Shown: one piece after another, positions 39,649 through 53,854 of the stretch | Layout of the letters: every line of letters starts with the position of its first letter | Position numbering within the stretch: position 1 is the stretch's first letter | DNA from: Octopus vulgaris | Taxonomy: Eukaryota | Direction of reading: 5' to 3' | Assembly: GCA_951406725.2 (NCBI GenBank) | Contig: OX597818.1 | Span: 70,618,001-70,682,000 of the forward strand | Length of the DNA: 64,000 nt | The notes under the pieces: generated by a model | The model's input: only the letters and a program-made list of their open reading frames with translations | What the model was told of the DNA's origin: nothing | Database searches by the model: none | Program-made: the position numbers and the translations under genes

Positions 39649-40310
39649 CCCAAGATATTGTGTAGCAAAGTTTGAACCATTACACCATTTGTTAATCAAA
39701 ATATCCTTAAATACCCAAAAGGTATTTAAAAATATTCATCTTGTTATATTGAGTTATCTCCCTTTGTTATTGTTTGGTTGAATTGATCATTATTCAACAA
39801 TGTTTACCTCTCCTCCATATGCATACAGCCTTGATTAATTAAAGTTATCCTGTTCCTCCTGTTCTGTTAGCACTTCAATATCCTTAGCTTGTTTTATTTT
39901 ATCTTTTTTTTGCCATCATTTTATTTTCCTGTGTAGAGGAGAGCAGATTTCGTCTGTTTACAATCTGACAGCCAAAACCTGTAAATAGTAACTCATTTGT
40001 TGTTCTTCCAAACTTTATTGACCAATCGCTGGGTGGGAATGTTTACAGCTGTAAGCCATTCTTACTTCATATCTCACATCTATCGACACACCCTTTACCC
40101 ATTCTCCAAACACAGTATGTTTGTTTGTTCGTCCAGGGAAGGAAGGGGGTAATAAAATAAATACCAGTAATATGCTATGGTTAAATCGATCAACCATACT
40201 TATCCTTGAAAAGATACACTTTTATATCCTTGCATTATTTACAAACTTTATTCATACAAAAGTTGATTGTATTTGATTGGCAATTTCACTTACACAACGT
40301 GTATGTGTAT

Positions 40311-40348
<38 letters not shown>

Positions 40349-40889
40349 GTATTGATATAGAAATATTTTGTAAAGATAAATGGTTTTTATTCTTGTTCTT
40401 GGTAGCAGTGTTTCATTTTGTTCTTTTTTTTTTTTTGTCCTCCTCTCTGTGTAAAGTTTAATCCATTACAGTTTGGCTTTATGAGTTTCTGACTTTTTTC
40501 TGTTTTTGCTCCTTTTTTTGCATCTTTATTATTTCCATTCTTGTTTACATTGGCAATCATTGCACTGCATTGCTATAAATGAAGAAACAACACACACACA
40601 CACACACGGACACATGCACACACACACACACGGACACATGCACACACACACACACACACGCACACTAGGCTTGTTGTATTCAAGTTGGTTTAAGAGGGTT
40701 TCTGTGTTTAAAACTTGCTTAGATCGAATTTCATCATTCCATATTCTGCTGCACCATTAATTGACTGCAGTTGAAAAACCAATGAGGGAACTTCTACATA
40801 CCTTTGATCATAGGTTTGTTCAACCAGGATTGACCTAGGGTTAAATAAATGTAGCAATCTTGATAATAATAATACTAATAATAATAATA

Positions 40890-41035
40890 AACATACTCTA
40901 GAACAATACTTTGTGCAAAAGCAAATATATGACATCCTAGGCATAACACTAACTTGAACTTCTAACTTGTTGTCTCTTGGGGTCTCTAAGGGAGACTTGC
41001 AACGAACTTGTACAAATACAAAGCAAAAGTCAAAC

Positions 41036-41038
<3 letters not shown>
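40890..41038 (+). mobile_element. Short insert between (TAA)n tracts, probable extreme 3' end of a Dong-type LINE
   Basis: Bracketed by TAA repeats; classification inferred from context only. Confidence 0.45.
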
Positions 41039-41088
<50 letters not shown>

Positions 41089-41089
41089 T

Positions 41090-41530
41090 AAAAGATGGAC
41101 TCCAGTAAATATTCTGCTCAATACCACAGATTTGCTTGTCAGTTGTTTGACCTTAACCAGTTGCCCATGTCCCTTAGTGGCTGACGATATGTGCATCTCT
41201 GATCACGAGCAGAAGTACAGGGGGAGCATCATAGGCATGTGTTGAGAGGAATGATCTGGGGTTTGAATAATTCACTTCTGGAAACAAGGGTATTTCGTTC
41301 AACATCCTTAAACAACCCCTATTTAGGTACCTTTTTGAGTTGGATGGGCTATTTGACCTGAAGAAAATTCTAACTTATCTTGATATGAGATCACCACATT
41401 ATGCACATATGATGGTGATGCATGTGCCTAGTGTACCCTTATCAGAGGTGCAGTCGTGGTGGATAAATTGGGCTACTTATATTTGTACCCCAGTGTCACT
41501 TTGATGGCAGGGACTGCCCTCTCCTCAATA
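41090..41530 (+). mobile_element. Second copy of the 18517-18940 repeat
   Basis: TATTCTGCTCAATACCACAGATTTGCTTGTCAGTTGTTTGACC shared exactly; (TAA)n on both sides. Confidence 0.7.
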
Positions 41531-41532
41531 AC

Positions 41533-41564
<32 letters not shown>

Positions 41565-42845
41565 CCACAAAAACAACAACAGTCACGTTTTCAAAATGCT
41601 AATTAAGGCTCCTCTGAGTGGTAGTTCAACTTGTTAGAAATAGCAGTGAAATCTCCCTTAAATCATATCCTATCATTTAAAAAATAAAAAGAAAAGCTGG
41701 AAAGCCATATTGGATAATGCTGATAGAGATAAACCATATTCGAATAGACATGATGGGCATGGTTGGAATATTTTCAATCCTAGTTCTGCTTATTGAGAAT
41801 TCATTTACTGCTATATAATCTACTTTAGCTGTGTAGAAATTTTTTACAATGGATTAGCAAAATCTTGAGATTATCAGGCAAACTATTGAGCAATATTTGT
41901 TCTGGAATTTTATGCTTGAGTTTAAATCTCGTCAAAGTCAACTTTGTTTTTCATCCTTCCAGGATCAATAAAATAAAATACCAATCAAATACAGGGGTCA
42001 ACAAAATGGTGGCCTTCTACCTACATCAGAAAGAATTATTATTATTAACATACACCTTCTTTGGTCAAGCCCTCATCAGCTTTTTCACTTGGAAAGGAAA
42101 ATGTATCCTGATGACCTCTGAATACCACATGGTAACTCCAAATTTATCCTCCATTCAGGGAACAGAGAAAAGCTTTCTGAAAGCAATGCTGTAAGCAGAA
42201 TTGCCAGTCATGACCAACAACAAGAGCAAGACAATGGCTGCTGCTGCTGCTGTTTCCATAGTGTTCCCTTTGGAAGCTGTATGATGAATACCTGGATGGA
42301 AAGTAAGTGTTACTGACTCATCCTTAGTGACATTGGCATCTGTGGCCAAAGATCTTCGATACAGAAGCTGCAAGAAGTTATGAATAACAAAATCATTCCA
42401 TTGTCCTGTAGTGATGGAGAGGAACTGGCTACAAGAGAAAAGTTGGAAACAAGGAGAAAAAGAAAAAAGAAAGAAAAAAGAAAAGAGGCCCAAAATGTGT
42501 GAGTTGAGAGAGAGAAGGCAAAGAAGTCTCTCAAAAGAATCTCTCACCACCACAACCACAGAGTGTTTGAACTTTAAAATGATAAAATGATGCAAAAGGA
42601 AGACCTTACTTTATTTACTCTAATGAAATCCCTAAAAGACAAAGAAGTAAATAGTGTGTTAATTGGAGAGGGGACAAATACAAGGCAATGAGGGTGCCAT
42701 CCATGGTCTATCAACAGGTAAAGGGGACACATGATTTAAAGAGGGGCTGGTTCTGTCATAAATCAACTACAACTGAAAATGTTTACGATATTTCGCAGAA
42801 CTCATTTTAGATAAAGTCATGGGTGCAAAAGGTAGTCAGAGCCAT

Positions 42846-42927
42846 GGGTTACCCCTATTCAGAGTTATGGGGTACCTTTATTCAGGGTCATGGAGTACCT
42901 TTATTCAGAATCATTGGGTACCCTTAC
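42846..42927. repeat. 23-bp minisatellite, about 3.5 units
   Basis: GGGTTACCCCTATTCAGAGTTAT / GGGGTACCTTTATTCAGGGTCAT / GGAGTACCTTTATTCAGAATCAT. Confidence 0.85.
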
Positions 42928-44577
42928 GCTACCTTTGCAGCAGATGCCCATAGTTATTTCTCTTTATTTTGTATAAAAAATACTATATACATATATATAT
43001 ATATATATATGAAAAGAATCATTTCTCCTTTATTATCACGTTCCATATATGTATGGACCCAGAGTGGGGGGGGGGGTCAATATAGAAAGCATTATCATTA
43101 ATGAGATACAATTAATGTTGTTGTCAACATTTCCGTATTCAGTGTATCACTGAATAAACTACCTCAATATATTAAAGAACTCTTGGAGTCTTCACAAGAT
43201 TGGTAAGTAACATGTTGAAGTTACTTAATTGGAGACACCAGAGAATCACTTATCAAGAACAGCAGCGAAATTCTTGACAGCTTGTTTTGTGTGTGTGTGT
43301 GTTGTGTATATGTGTGTGTGAATATGTATGTATGTAAGTGTGTGAGGGTGTATGTATGTACATATATGTGTCTATGTATGCATGTACATGTGCGTGTGTA
43401 TGTATGTACGTGTGCGGGGGTGTATGTATGTATGTAGGTATGTACGTGTGTGTGTGTGTGTATGTACGTGTGTGGAGTGTGAATCTTTTTATGTACGTGT
43501 GTGGGAGTGTATGTATGTATGAAGGTATGCACGTGTGTGTGTGTATGTATGTGTATGTGGAGTGTGAATCTTTCTACATACATGTGTGTGTTGAGGGGAG
43601 TTGGTGCATATTTAAATTAGGTTTCTCTTCTACATACGACCATTGTTGTATTCTCTTTTAATGGTTTCAGTTGTTGCGACCCCATCGTCTATGAATGATT
43701 CAGCCAAGCATGAAGACCCCACCAGCACAAGCAGTACATATTTCAGTCAGCAACTTATTTTAGCAATCTCAGGTTGCTGAACTGCTAAGTTCTGAGACAT
43801 AAAGGGGCACAGCATAAGAAATATTGGTTATTTTAGAGAGGAATAAATGTAAACATAGACACAGGCAGTCACACACACAATATACATGCACACAGACATA
43901 CACACACACACACACACACTACTATTCAATTATCTATCCATCTGTCAATCTGTGTGTGTTTGTGTGTAGCCTTGCTTCCACATAACATGACGGTTGTAAA
44001 TAAGCTTCATCTTGCTTAGAAACCGGTGAAGGTTGGTGACATCCAACTGTAGAAAATCTGCCTCAACACAACAACCACCTGACCCATACAAGCTATAAAA
44101 AGTGGACATTATAGGATAAAGAAAACACACAGCAGGAAATGGTTGAGTGGCCACATCCATAACAACTCTGATCATAGCCCCATTTGATCTTGGTTAATTC
44201 CTAAACATCAACCATGACCACCACAACGCCAGCCGTACATATTTCCCAGAAAATATGTCCTTTAAACTTGAATGGGATTTGCACATAAAACCATTCGATA
44301 TAGACATACTGCAACGTGTGTATATAAGTGTGTGTGTGTGGGGGGGGGGGGGTATATGTGTATGTGTGTGTATATATGTTCATAATTGGAATGTATGTGT
44401 GCATATATATTTGTGTCTGTGAGTGTGTGTGTACACATACATATATGCATGTATGCAATTGTCTGTACATGAGTAGTGTGTGCGTGTATACACACAATGA
44501 GTGTATTTGTTATTTGTGCATATATATATATATATGCATGCATACATGTATACACACACACTTACACATGCACACAC

Positions 44578-44612
<35 letters not shown>

Positions 44613-47020
44613 TGTGCATATATAGTTGTTAAAATAATCTTCACTGAAAGCTTTACCTGTCAGACAGATTTGTGTTTTATTCTTTGAAACAATCTAAAGT
44701 CTGTGAGTCTTCAGGAATGCAAGCCTGAATATGCATACATGTGTGTGTGCGTGTGAGTGTGTGTAATTGATTGCATGTGTCTGTGTGTTTCCTTTCGAGT
44801 GACAGCTTTTTGTATGTGTAGCTTTGAGTCTTTGTGTGTGTGTGAGACAAACTCCAAAATACAATATTTCCCCCCCCCTCCCCGTCTCATCATTATTGGT
44901 CAGTCATAATAAACAAGCATCGTGACCAATGCAGAGCCATTTTAATCTTTATCTCGTTTACTTTGAACTAATTACCAGAAGTTTTTCTCTAACTTTACAA
45001 AGAAATCACAAACCATTTCAAATATTATTTTCCACAGCCAGCGTGGCTGTCTGCTGGTTTGTTTGTTTCCCAACCATGTCTTATTGGTGGTGTTGTGTGT
45101 GTGTGCGTATGCTCTGGCATGTCATCACCCCCAACCCCTCTCAAATATTACTACCATCCATCCCACACTCACACATACACATAGTTGAGGACAGTTTTTT
45201 CTCTTTTGCTGCCCCTTTTTTTCTCTCTTGCAAGTTACTTGGTGACCTCACTGATGCTGGTGCCACATAAGAAGGCACTCAGTGCTCACTGAAAAATGGT
45301 TGGCATTAAGAAGGGCATCCAGCCATAGAAATTATGCCAAAGTAAACATTGGTGCTCAATGTGATTCTGTAGCTTGTCCTGTCAAACTCATGCCAGCTTG
45401 GAAAATGGATGTTGACTGATGATGATGATGATATCTTAATTATCCTCATCTTCACCATCGTTAAGCATATGATGATGATGATGGCAGTGGCAACATATAT
45501 GACACCATTTACATACTGTAGAGAACGTGAAATATTTGGCTTCCTTTAATTCTTCTTAAATTTCATACTTTAGTCCATATTATTGAGAATGCAAACCAAA
45601 ACATCTCAATTTTTAAAGTTAAATACAGAATATGTCTTATAAATAGAATTGATAATGAAATATCTTCAAAGGGACATTCTAAAGAAACCTTCCATTTTTT
45701 GGCTTTTACAACTTGGCTATTTTACTGCAAATATTCATTATCAATTATATTTAAGCTTTGCAATAATGCATAATTTTTATTGAACTTGTTTGATTTGACT
45801 TTATTTAAATGAATGATATCAAGTCATTCCTAATAACATTCCAGGCTTTCATCTCTTGTCATGTTGTCTTCTTAGTCTATTGTATTGGTTTCTGTCTCTT
45901 AGAGCTGGCTAATCCATCACCGCTTCAACCCTGGCACTCCTCGATCACAGCTCTCTTCTATCTTTCATCACCCTTACTAAATTCTCATTCTTACACCTCA
46001 AGTCCAACTCCAATCGTTATATCCAATTCTTCTCTCCCAGAATGCCAATTCTCTTGGATTTTCTTGCACATTATTTTTAAAATTTCGTCTCAATGAGTTA
46101 GTATACTCATGGTTCAAGAACTCATTGCTTTTACAACATCTGTGAAGGCTATGGATTCAGCTGGGTACAGGGATTAATAAACCTCACCTAGATATGGCTC
46201 CACATACATTGTTTTCCTTATATGGCTCACTCTACTGATTCTGTAGTCACTGATACCATGAAATTGTCCTTTGTACATTTTGGATGTTGGATCTTTTACA
46301 TTACCTGATGCATGTTAGCAAACCATATTCATTCACAGGTGATGGCTGGCTGTATATACCTGGTATAATGTTGTTTTGAAGGAGTTGTACATTAGTTTAT
46401 TCTGGCAATCTGAGATGTGATTCTTGATGAGACTGTTAAGAGAGGCGAATCTGCTTAGTTCATTCATCATTTCCGGTTGTCAAAACCCATAATTTAACCA
46501 TCAGTTGGACAGTACTTATAATTCAGTGGAGCAGAATTATTACAAGTGTCACATCATGTTAATTCTGCCTGTCAGTGACCTTTGGCGCTTGAGCATTCAG
46601 CTTACTCTGTCAAAATATTGTAAATGAATGAGCATTCATTTACAATATTTTGAATTAATCATCCATTATCTCATAGTTTTGAGATTTCAAAGATGTAATT
46701 TTTTCTTTTTTCAATGACATTGTAGGTCAGGGGTGAGAGGCCAGGTTTGGATGGTTTGAATATAAAACAGGTTGAACACTTGGGCTGGATTGGACTGGTT
46801 TTAAATGCTAAAGGGTTTAGGACACAAATATCTTGGGAATAGTCAACTATTAAGAGTCCAAGAAGTCAATGGATCCATTGATGACCAACTAGACTAAGTC
46901 ACTCACAAGTATTGAACCTGAAATTGAAGGATTTTAAATAAACACTGAAGCAACTATGATGCCAGAAAATAAAACCGTGAACCTTCAGCCAGGAGCTGAA
47001 CACTCAATGCATCCAGCTAC

Positions 47021-47055
<35 letters not shown>

Positions 47056-49883
47056 TCTGTAAACACATTCCATTTTAGCCAACAGGGTGAGCATGAAGGA
47101 AATCAATCATGATGCAAATGATGACAGTGATGACAGCAGCTGCAAGATTAAAGATCAAAGTTCACAGCTTTAATCTTATCCATGTTCCCCCTCCCCTCCA
47201 CTTCACACAGTAACTTTGTCATTTATATTTTAACAGCTCGTTGATCAAATGCTCTCTTCAGAAGTAATGCATTGAATGATATATTTTGATTTTTATAGCC
47301 GCTGTTTGGTCAATTTAATGCACTGTTTCAGACCAATTTTCTCCAGCTCACACTTGTATCTCAAGACATTCACAAGTTAAAGGGCGGGATCATACTTTTT
47401 CTTGCTAATTGGACGGTTCACCTGCAGGTCTCCATTCAAGTGCCAATGGTGAACTTACATTGCTGTACTTTAAGGCTACTTTATTGCATTTCTAACTCTG
47501 CATTCATTAATTTATATGCATCTCACACACACACACACACACCTTCTCCTCGCTCTCTCTCATCTCATAATTCTTTCCTCTGCTATTTCTTCATTCCTCA
47601 TTAATCCTTCCTAATATCCTCATGTTTTGGCAACTGGCAATCTCTCCTTCGCTGTCTATTCTTTCTCTTCTCTCTCACATTCTATCATTCATTTTATCCC
47701 CTATCTCTACATTCTATCTTCATTCAAAATTTTACATAACTATTTTCACTCTATACTTATCTATACCATTGCAACTCCCCCCCACCACCACTTTTTTTTT
47801 TGTAATTTTTCTTCTTCAGGGGTTAACTTTCAATACACGTCTATCCAACTCTGTTATTTGTTGAATGGTTCTTCTAAACAATCTAAAAGCCCCAGTTGCC
47901 TTTTTTTCTCTTATTTCCGTTCCTTAATTTTGATTTATATTCAGCTCAGTATAATCTACACTCATTTTTCTTCTTAAATTGGTTTTAATTGTCATGGAAC
48001 TTTACATCATTCCTTTGTTACTGTCTTTGCAAAATATTTCTTCTTCTGCCAGCATAATTACCTCTTTGGCTTCCTTCTTTGGATTCCAATAATTCTTCAG
48101 TTTTCCTCTTCTTGTTTTTCTTCCATTTCATTTATCACTGTATCACTGCTATGAAGACATCTACAAACCTCTTTCCAAAGCCTCTTAAATGTATTCCTGT
48201 CTTCCACAATATTTAGCTAATCAAATAAATGTTTAGAGAGCTTTAAACATTTTAAATTTCTTTGCCATTTTACCAAGAATGGGATTTAGTAAAATGTTTC
48301 TCAACATCATTTTTTTTTTTTATGATATTCAATAAATGTATTCTGTCTTAATTCAAGCTTTGATAAAATGTATTTGTTGATATAATTTTCTTTGATTTTA
48401 TTTGATTATGAAAAATATTTATCCTAAAATGTTGTAGGTTGAAATAACTAAAATCACTAGTTTTTTATGAACAAGGTGAATAACGTTTGTAGGTTTCACT
48501 GACAAAACAACCTGTTTTCACTTGTATTTCGTATCACAATTACTGAACAACAGTGCTTTTGGTTACAGATATTCAGTAGGGTAATAATTTAGGTCACTGT
48601 TTTTTATAACAGTGAGCATATCAAGGGAGCATCTGTAACTGATTGCAGAACAAATATCACTAGAAATTTCATTTAAAGTGTTCCATTTTGTTTTGCTTTT
48701 TTCCTTGCAGCTATTCAGCATCTGTAATTGTTTATTAATCTTACATTTGTTTTTCTTTGTTGGTATGGGTTAAACAGAGACATATTTGAGGCAGCATTTT
48801 ACAGCTGGAGGTCCTTCCTGTCGCCAACTATTATTATCTGTTTTCACACAAGGGATTGTTTATTCCAGAGGATTCTGAATGTACAAAGCAACAATACATG
48901 TTATCAAGAAAGAAAGTCGACATCACCATTTTGCTCAAGTACTGACAAGTGAAAATAGATGTAAATGATAATGATGATGTTACACACACACACACACACA
49001 CACACACACCAACCACGTGGTTCCAGATTTAGTATCACTACATGGCTCTGGGTTGGCCAGTACCTTACCAATGCAATTTGGTAAAACTGACTGTATGTTT
49101 CCTTGGGTGACAGACTTAAACTTGATGAAACACAACCACCTGACCAGCACCTGGTTGGTGCCATTAATGGAATCAACACTGTTCTAAAATTTCAGATCAG
49201 ATCTCCAATCAGAGAATAAACCATGGCTAAGTGGTTTCATTCTTCTTCATTCTTGCATTAGTTTTGGTGTCTTGGCAAAAATGACAGGGTTAGTACTCTT
49301 CCTCCTTTCACTAACTCATTAAAGCATTTTATTTGATGCTTAATTAGAAGCCAGTTGTTCTAATAATTCTTCTTTATATTTCCATTTCTATTACTCATAG
49401 ACATGAAGGTTATAATTTAATTTTACCAATCTTTAACTTGGCCAGAGCTTCTTTTAGAGAGAATTCTTCTTCTGCCAACTTCAGTGGCACATTTGTCTTC
49501 TCAATTGTAATCTACAATATTAAAGAAACTCTTAATGGAAATTTTATTAACAATTGATCATCAGTGTTTGATTATTTTAATACTTTGATAAATAAATCTG
49601 CCTTAAGATCATCTCAGCTACTCAATATTCACCCCACCCCTACCCACTTATTGGGATATCTTTTGACGTGGCAGCTCCTTTGATGTAAACCAACAAGGAT
49701 TCCAATGTCTCTCATATCGCTTCAACATGACATAGAATGATTGGTTAAAATGTCAACTTTTACATCCATAATTCCAATACTGTTTCCTTGGTATAAGGGC
49801 TGAAGGACACTGAACAGCAAAATCACTATTCCAATAAATGTTAAGAGAATAAATACACGGTGTAATATTATAGGGGCACTAGG

Positions 49884-50075
49884 CATCACGCTGGCAGAAT
49901 CGTTAGAATGCCAGTGGCATTTCATCTGTTTTTGCATTCAAATGTTGCTGAGGACAACTTTGCCTTTCATCCTTTTGGGATCGATAAAATAAGTACCAGT
50001 TGAACATTGGGGTCGATGTAATCAACTTCACTTCACCCCCAAACTTGCTAGCCTTGTGCCAAAATTTGAAACCAA
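49884..50075 (+). mobile_element. Family A (Nin-like) SINE, well preserved
   Basis: CTGGCAGAATCGTTAG...GCCTTTCATCCTTTTGGGATCGATAAAATAAGTACCAG. Confidence 0.8.
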
Positions 50076-50611
50076 TGTTATAAGGGCAATAAGGCGGAAT
50101 GATTAAGATGTGAACTTTGCAATAATAAAGTCTTCAGCTTCCATCTCTCTGATTCACTCACCTTAGGGAAAGGGAAACTTTAAAAAAGCTGGTCTGTAAA
50201 TTCAAAAATCATTATCCTTTTAATGTCCATTTTACCCCACATGCATTACTGTGATGGAATTAACTGATGCAAATTTTCTATGACTAGATGCCCTTCCTGT
50301 CACCAGCCCACTCATGTTTCCAAGTAAGATATTTCCTGATGGCTAGATGTGTATTTGAAGAATATCAGAAGTGAACATCACAGCTTATATAACAGGGATA
50401 CTCATTTACAATTTTTACATGATTTCAAGAGAAGGAGATGCAAACATACACACACATACAAAAGTACCTGTATATACATAGAGAGAGAGAGAGAGATTCT
50501 GATGAATATGGTACTTAAGTTGAGGCACCAGAATTTAGTACGGTATTATCCATACATTTTCAAAATACGGTGATTAAAATCAAAATAAGCAACAAGGATA
50601 TCCAGAGGTAA

Positions 50612-50697
50612 TTCAGTACGATCGTTTCAAGCAACTCTATTCAATTGAACAATGCAATCGTAACATCAATTTAAATGCAGAACAATCTTCAGCTGCA
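50612..50697 (-). ncRNA. Type I hammerhead motif, left arm
   Basis: UGCAG-CUGAAGA-[about 57-nt helix II region]-GAAA-CGAUCG-UA^CUGAA; perfect palindrome ACGATCGT as helix III; helix I has one mismatch. Confidence 0.7.
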
Positions 50698-50859
50698 TAA
50701 AGACATAGAATTTAATTAAATTAAAACAGATGGACACATTAGTATAACTTTACCTAAGACAGCATGTTCTTTCTCTATCTCCTTACCTTCTTGGAGATTT
50801 TAGGTAAAATTATACTAATGTGTCCATCTGTTTTAATTTAATTTGATTCTATGTCTTTG

Positions 50860-50945
50860 TGCAGCTGAGGATTGCTCTGCATTTAAATTGATGTAACGAT
50901 TTCATTGTTCAATTAAATGGAGTTGCTTGAAACGATCATACTGCA
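50860..50945 (+). ncRNA. Type I hammerhead motif, right arm
   Basis: UGCAG-CUGAGGA-[helix II CATTT/AAATG, AATTGA/TCAATT]-GAAA-CGAUCA-UA^CUGCA; perfect helix I, one substitution in helix III. Confidence 0.65.
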
Positions 50946-50978
50946 TTACCTCTGGATATCCTTCTTGCTTATTTTGAT

Positions 50979-51009
<31 letters not shown>

Positions 51010-52084
51010 GATAGGCTTCTTTCAGTTTCCATCAGCCAAATCCAATCACAAAGGTTTGGTGAAGTCAGGGCCATAGTTGAAGACACTTGCCCAAGGTGCC
51101 ATACAGTGTGTGTGTATGTGTGTGTATGTGTGTGTGCGTGTGCATGAGTGTAATTTCTATATAAATGGATTAACAAAATGAATGCAATACAACCTGACTG
51201 TCACACTTTATGCTTTTAACACAAACACACACTCAAAGAACAACAACATTATTAAGAGAAAAATCAACAGAGAAAATCTTACAAAGTAACTCAACTTGCT
51301 AGAAATAGCAGGCAAATCTTCCTCAGGTCACACCCTTCCATCTTAGACCAGAACATATTGGACTATGCAATGTCCAACAAATTAAATGGAGTGGTCATAA
51401 TTAGAATGACTTTCATTTCAGAAGTATATTCAGTCTAAGCCAATTTGGCACTCAACAACAACAACATCAGCAATATTAGGGTCCAGCAATAAATAATCAA
51501 AAACAAATTTATTTCATCCTTGTTTCATTTGGTTAATAAATATTCAAAGACATTTTATGTTTAAAGAGGTTTTGTATTAATGTACCTGAAGGAATGTATG
51601 TTGAGTTATTGGATTATTAAAGCTTTATACTTCTGGTGTTTGTCATGTGTGTATATGTGTGTGTGTGTGTTTGTAAGTAAATATACATTCATGCAAACAG
51701 TTTAAAGGCAAACTCTGATTTTTATGGGGAAAAATTTGCAGTGTTTCACAACCATGATTGTTTAGTCATCATTGCTACCGTGGTTTATTCAGCCAGAATG
51801 TGACTGTTAATAGGTGTCAGTGGCCAGGAAAGGGGACTTTACTATGGTGTGCAAAGTGTTACGTTAAGCTGTGAGTGGGGGTCGTCAAGTAACTTGCAAG
51901 GCAGGGAAGCACATGTAAAGGGAAGAGACCCCTTCTGTATATGGAGCATATTTGAGAGGACGGAGAGGATATTTTATACCACAGATGAGCAGAGGTTTGT
52001 GGAAGCATCCCACCCATCCTAGCATGGAAGGCGGATGTTAAACGATGATGATGATGATGATGATGATGCACACACACATTTGTA

Positions 52085-52440
52085 TTTTATTTTATTCTTT
52101 TACATATTTCACTCATTTGACTGTGACCAGGCTGAGCACCACCCTAAGAGGTTTTAGTCGATGAAATAAACCCCAGGACTTATTCTTTGTAAACCTAGTA
52201 CTTATTCTATCAGTAGCTTTTGCCAAACTGCTAAGTTATGGGGACATAAACATACCAACATCGGTTGCTAAAAATGATAGTGGGAGGACAAACACAGACA
52301 CAAAGACACACACACACATAAATATGTACACACACTCACACACACACATACATAGGACAGGCTTCTTTCAGTTTCTATCAACCAGATCCATTCAAAAGGC
52401 TTTGGTCAGCCTGAGGCTATACTAGAAGATACTCGCCCAT
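52085..52440 (-). mobile_element. Family B SINE (tail plus part of head)
   Basis: Reverse complement of 32880-32960 and 33255-33470. Confidence 0.75.
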
Positions 52441-52865
52441 ATGTATGTATGTATGTATGTCTATATGTACGTATGTGTGTGTGTGTATTATGTAAAGAAG
52501 TCCACATATATAGAGCATGCTCTGTAGGAATTGTAATGCTTGTATATCTACATAAATTCTAGAGCATAAATGAACTGAAAAGAAAACTAGGAAAAAAAAG
52601 AAAGAAATGTAGTTTATCAGAGAAAAGATAGAGTTTGGTATGGACATGTGATGCTTGTGGTGGATGGTTGTTGGGTTGTGAAGTGGCAACAGAACCAAGC
52701 AGAAGAAATTGGAAGAAGGAAGACAACAGCCTTAGGACGCTGACCACTACAATGGAAATGACAGAGGATGACAAGTGTCGAGATACAAGCAGGGAATAAC
52801 AGGCATGAAAGATTGATGGTAAACATGCGTACTTAGAGAGTGTACAGACACTTTGACAGTATGTC

Positions 52866-52913
<48 letters not shown>

Positions 52914-53040
52914 ACTCACTGAGAGAATTAAATGGGTTTCTATTCAGAATTAAATATTATTTTACAATACAAAAATAAATTTAATTGAAACATACGAATA
53001 TTAGTATTATCAAAAATATACTCTAAAAGCAGACGCATCG

Positions 53041-53142
<102 letters not shown>

Positions 53143-53589
53143 GGAGAGAGTTAATGATTTTACAGTGTTAGAAATTAATGGAAGAAATTAGATAAGTTCT
53201 TCTACTCTTGACACCATCTCCAAAAAAAAGAAATGGAATGTAAAAAACATTACATATTCTTTAATAATCAATACCAGATCAGAAAATACAGATTATATTT
53301 TTACTAAGTATTTTTACTTAGGAATTTAACAGAAATAATTGTTTCTTCTTCTTCTTCTTCTCCCCCTCCTCCTCCTCCTCCTCCTCCTCCTTCTATATTG
53401 TAGTTTTTCCCTTTTTCTTATGACTTCTCTTTTAAATTTTTCTTTCTTCATCCTCTTCTTTTCCCTCCTCCTCATCCTGTTTACTTTTAACTTCTGAGAT
53501 ATTCTCACTTCTGCCTCTTTTTTTTTTCTACTTGCAATAAAAAATTTATGGTGTTTCTGACAATACATGTTTATAATAATAATAATAAT

Positions 53590-53793
53590 GGGTTCAAATT
53601 TTGCCACAAGGGCAGCCATTTGGGGAAGGGGATGAGTCGATTACATAGACCCCAGCGTTCAACTGGCACTTAATTTATCAACCCAAAAGGATGAAAGGCA
53701 AAGTCGACCTTGATGGAATTTGAACTCAGAAATGAGCAACAGGCAAAATACCACTAAGCATTTTGTCCAGCATACTAACAATTCTACCAGCTC
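53590..53793 (-). mobile_element. Family A (Nin-like) SINE between (TAA)n tracts
   Basis: AAAAGGATGAAAGGCAAAGTCGACC...GAATTTGAACTCAG. Confidence 0.8.
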
Positions 53794-53840
<47 letters not shown>

Positions 53841-53854
53841 CAACAACAACAATT

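Larger units (their letters stand above)
50494..50979. mobile_element. Penelope-like foldback element: about 85-bp extension plus about 180-bp inverted arms (50578-50757 and 50800-50979)
   Basis: Arms read as reverse complements with scattered mismatches around a loop of about 42 bp; microsatellite flanks. Confidence 0.8.

Noticed and set aside
42846-42927. CRISPR-like short repeats
   Set aside because: Units are contiguous with no spacers, the context is eukaryotic and there are no cas genes.
45840-46560. Possible CR1 3' remnant
   Set aside because: Only faint motif resemblance; too decayed to support.
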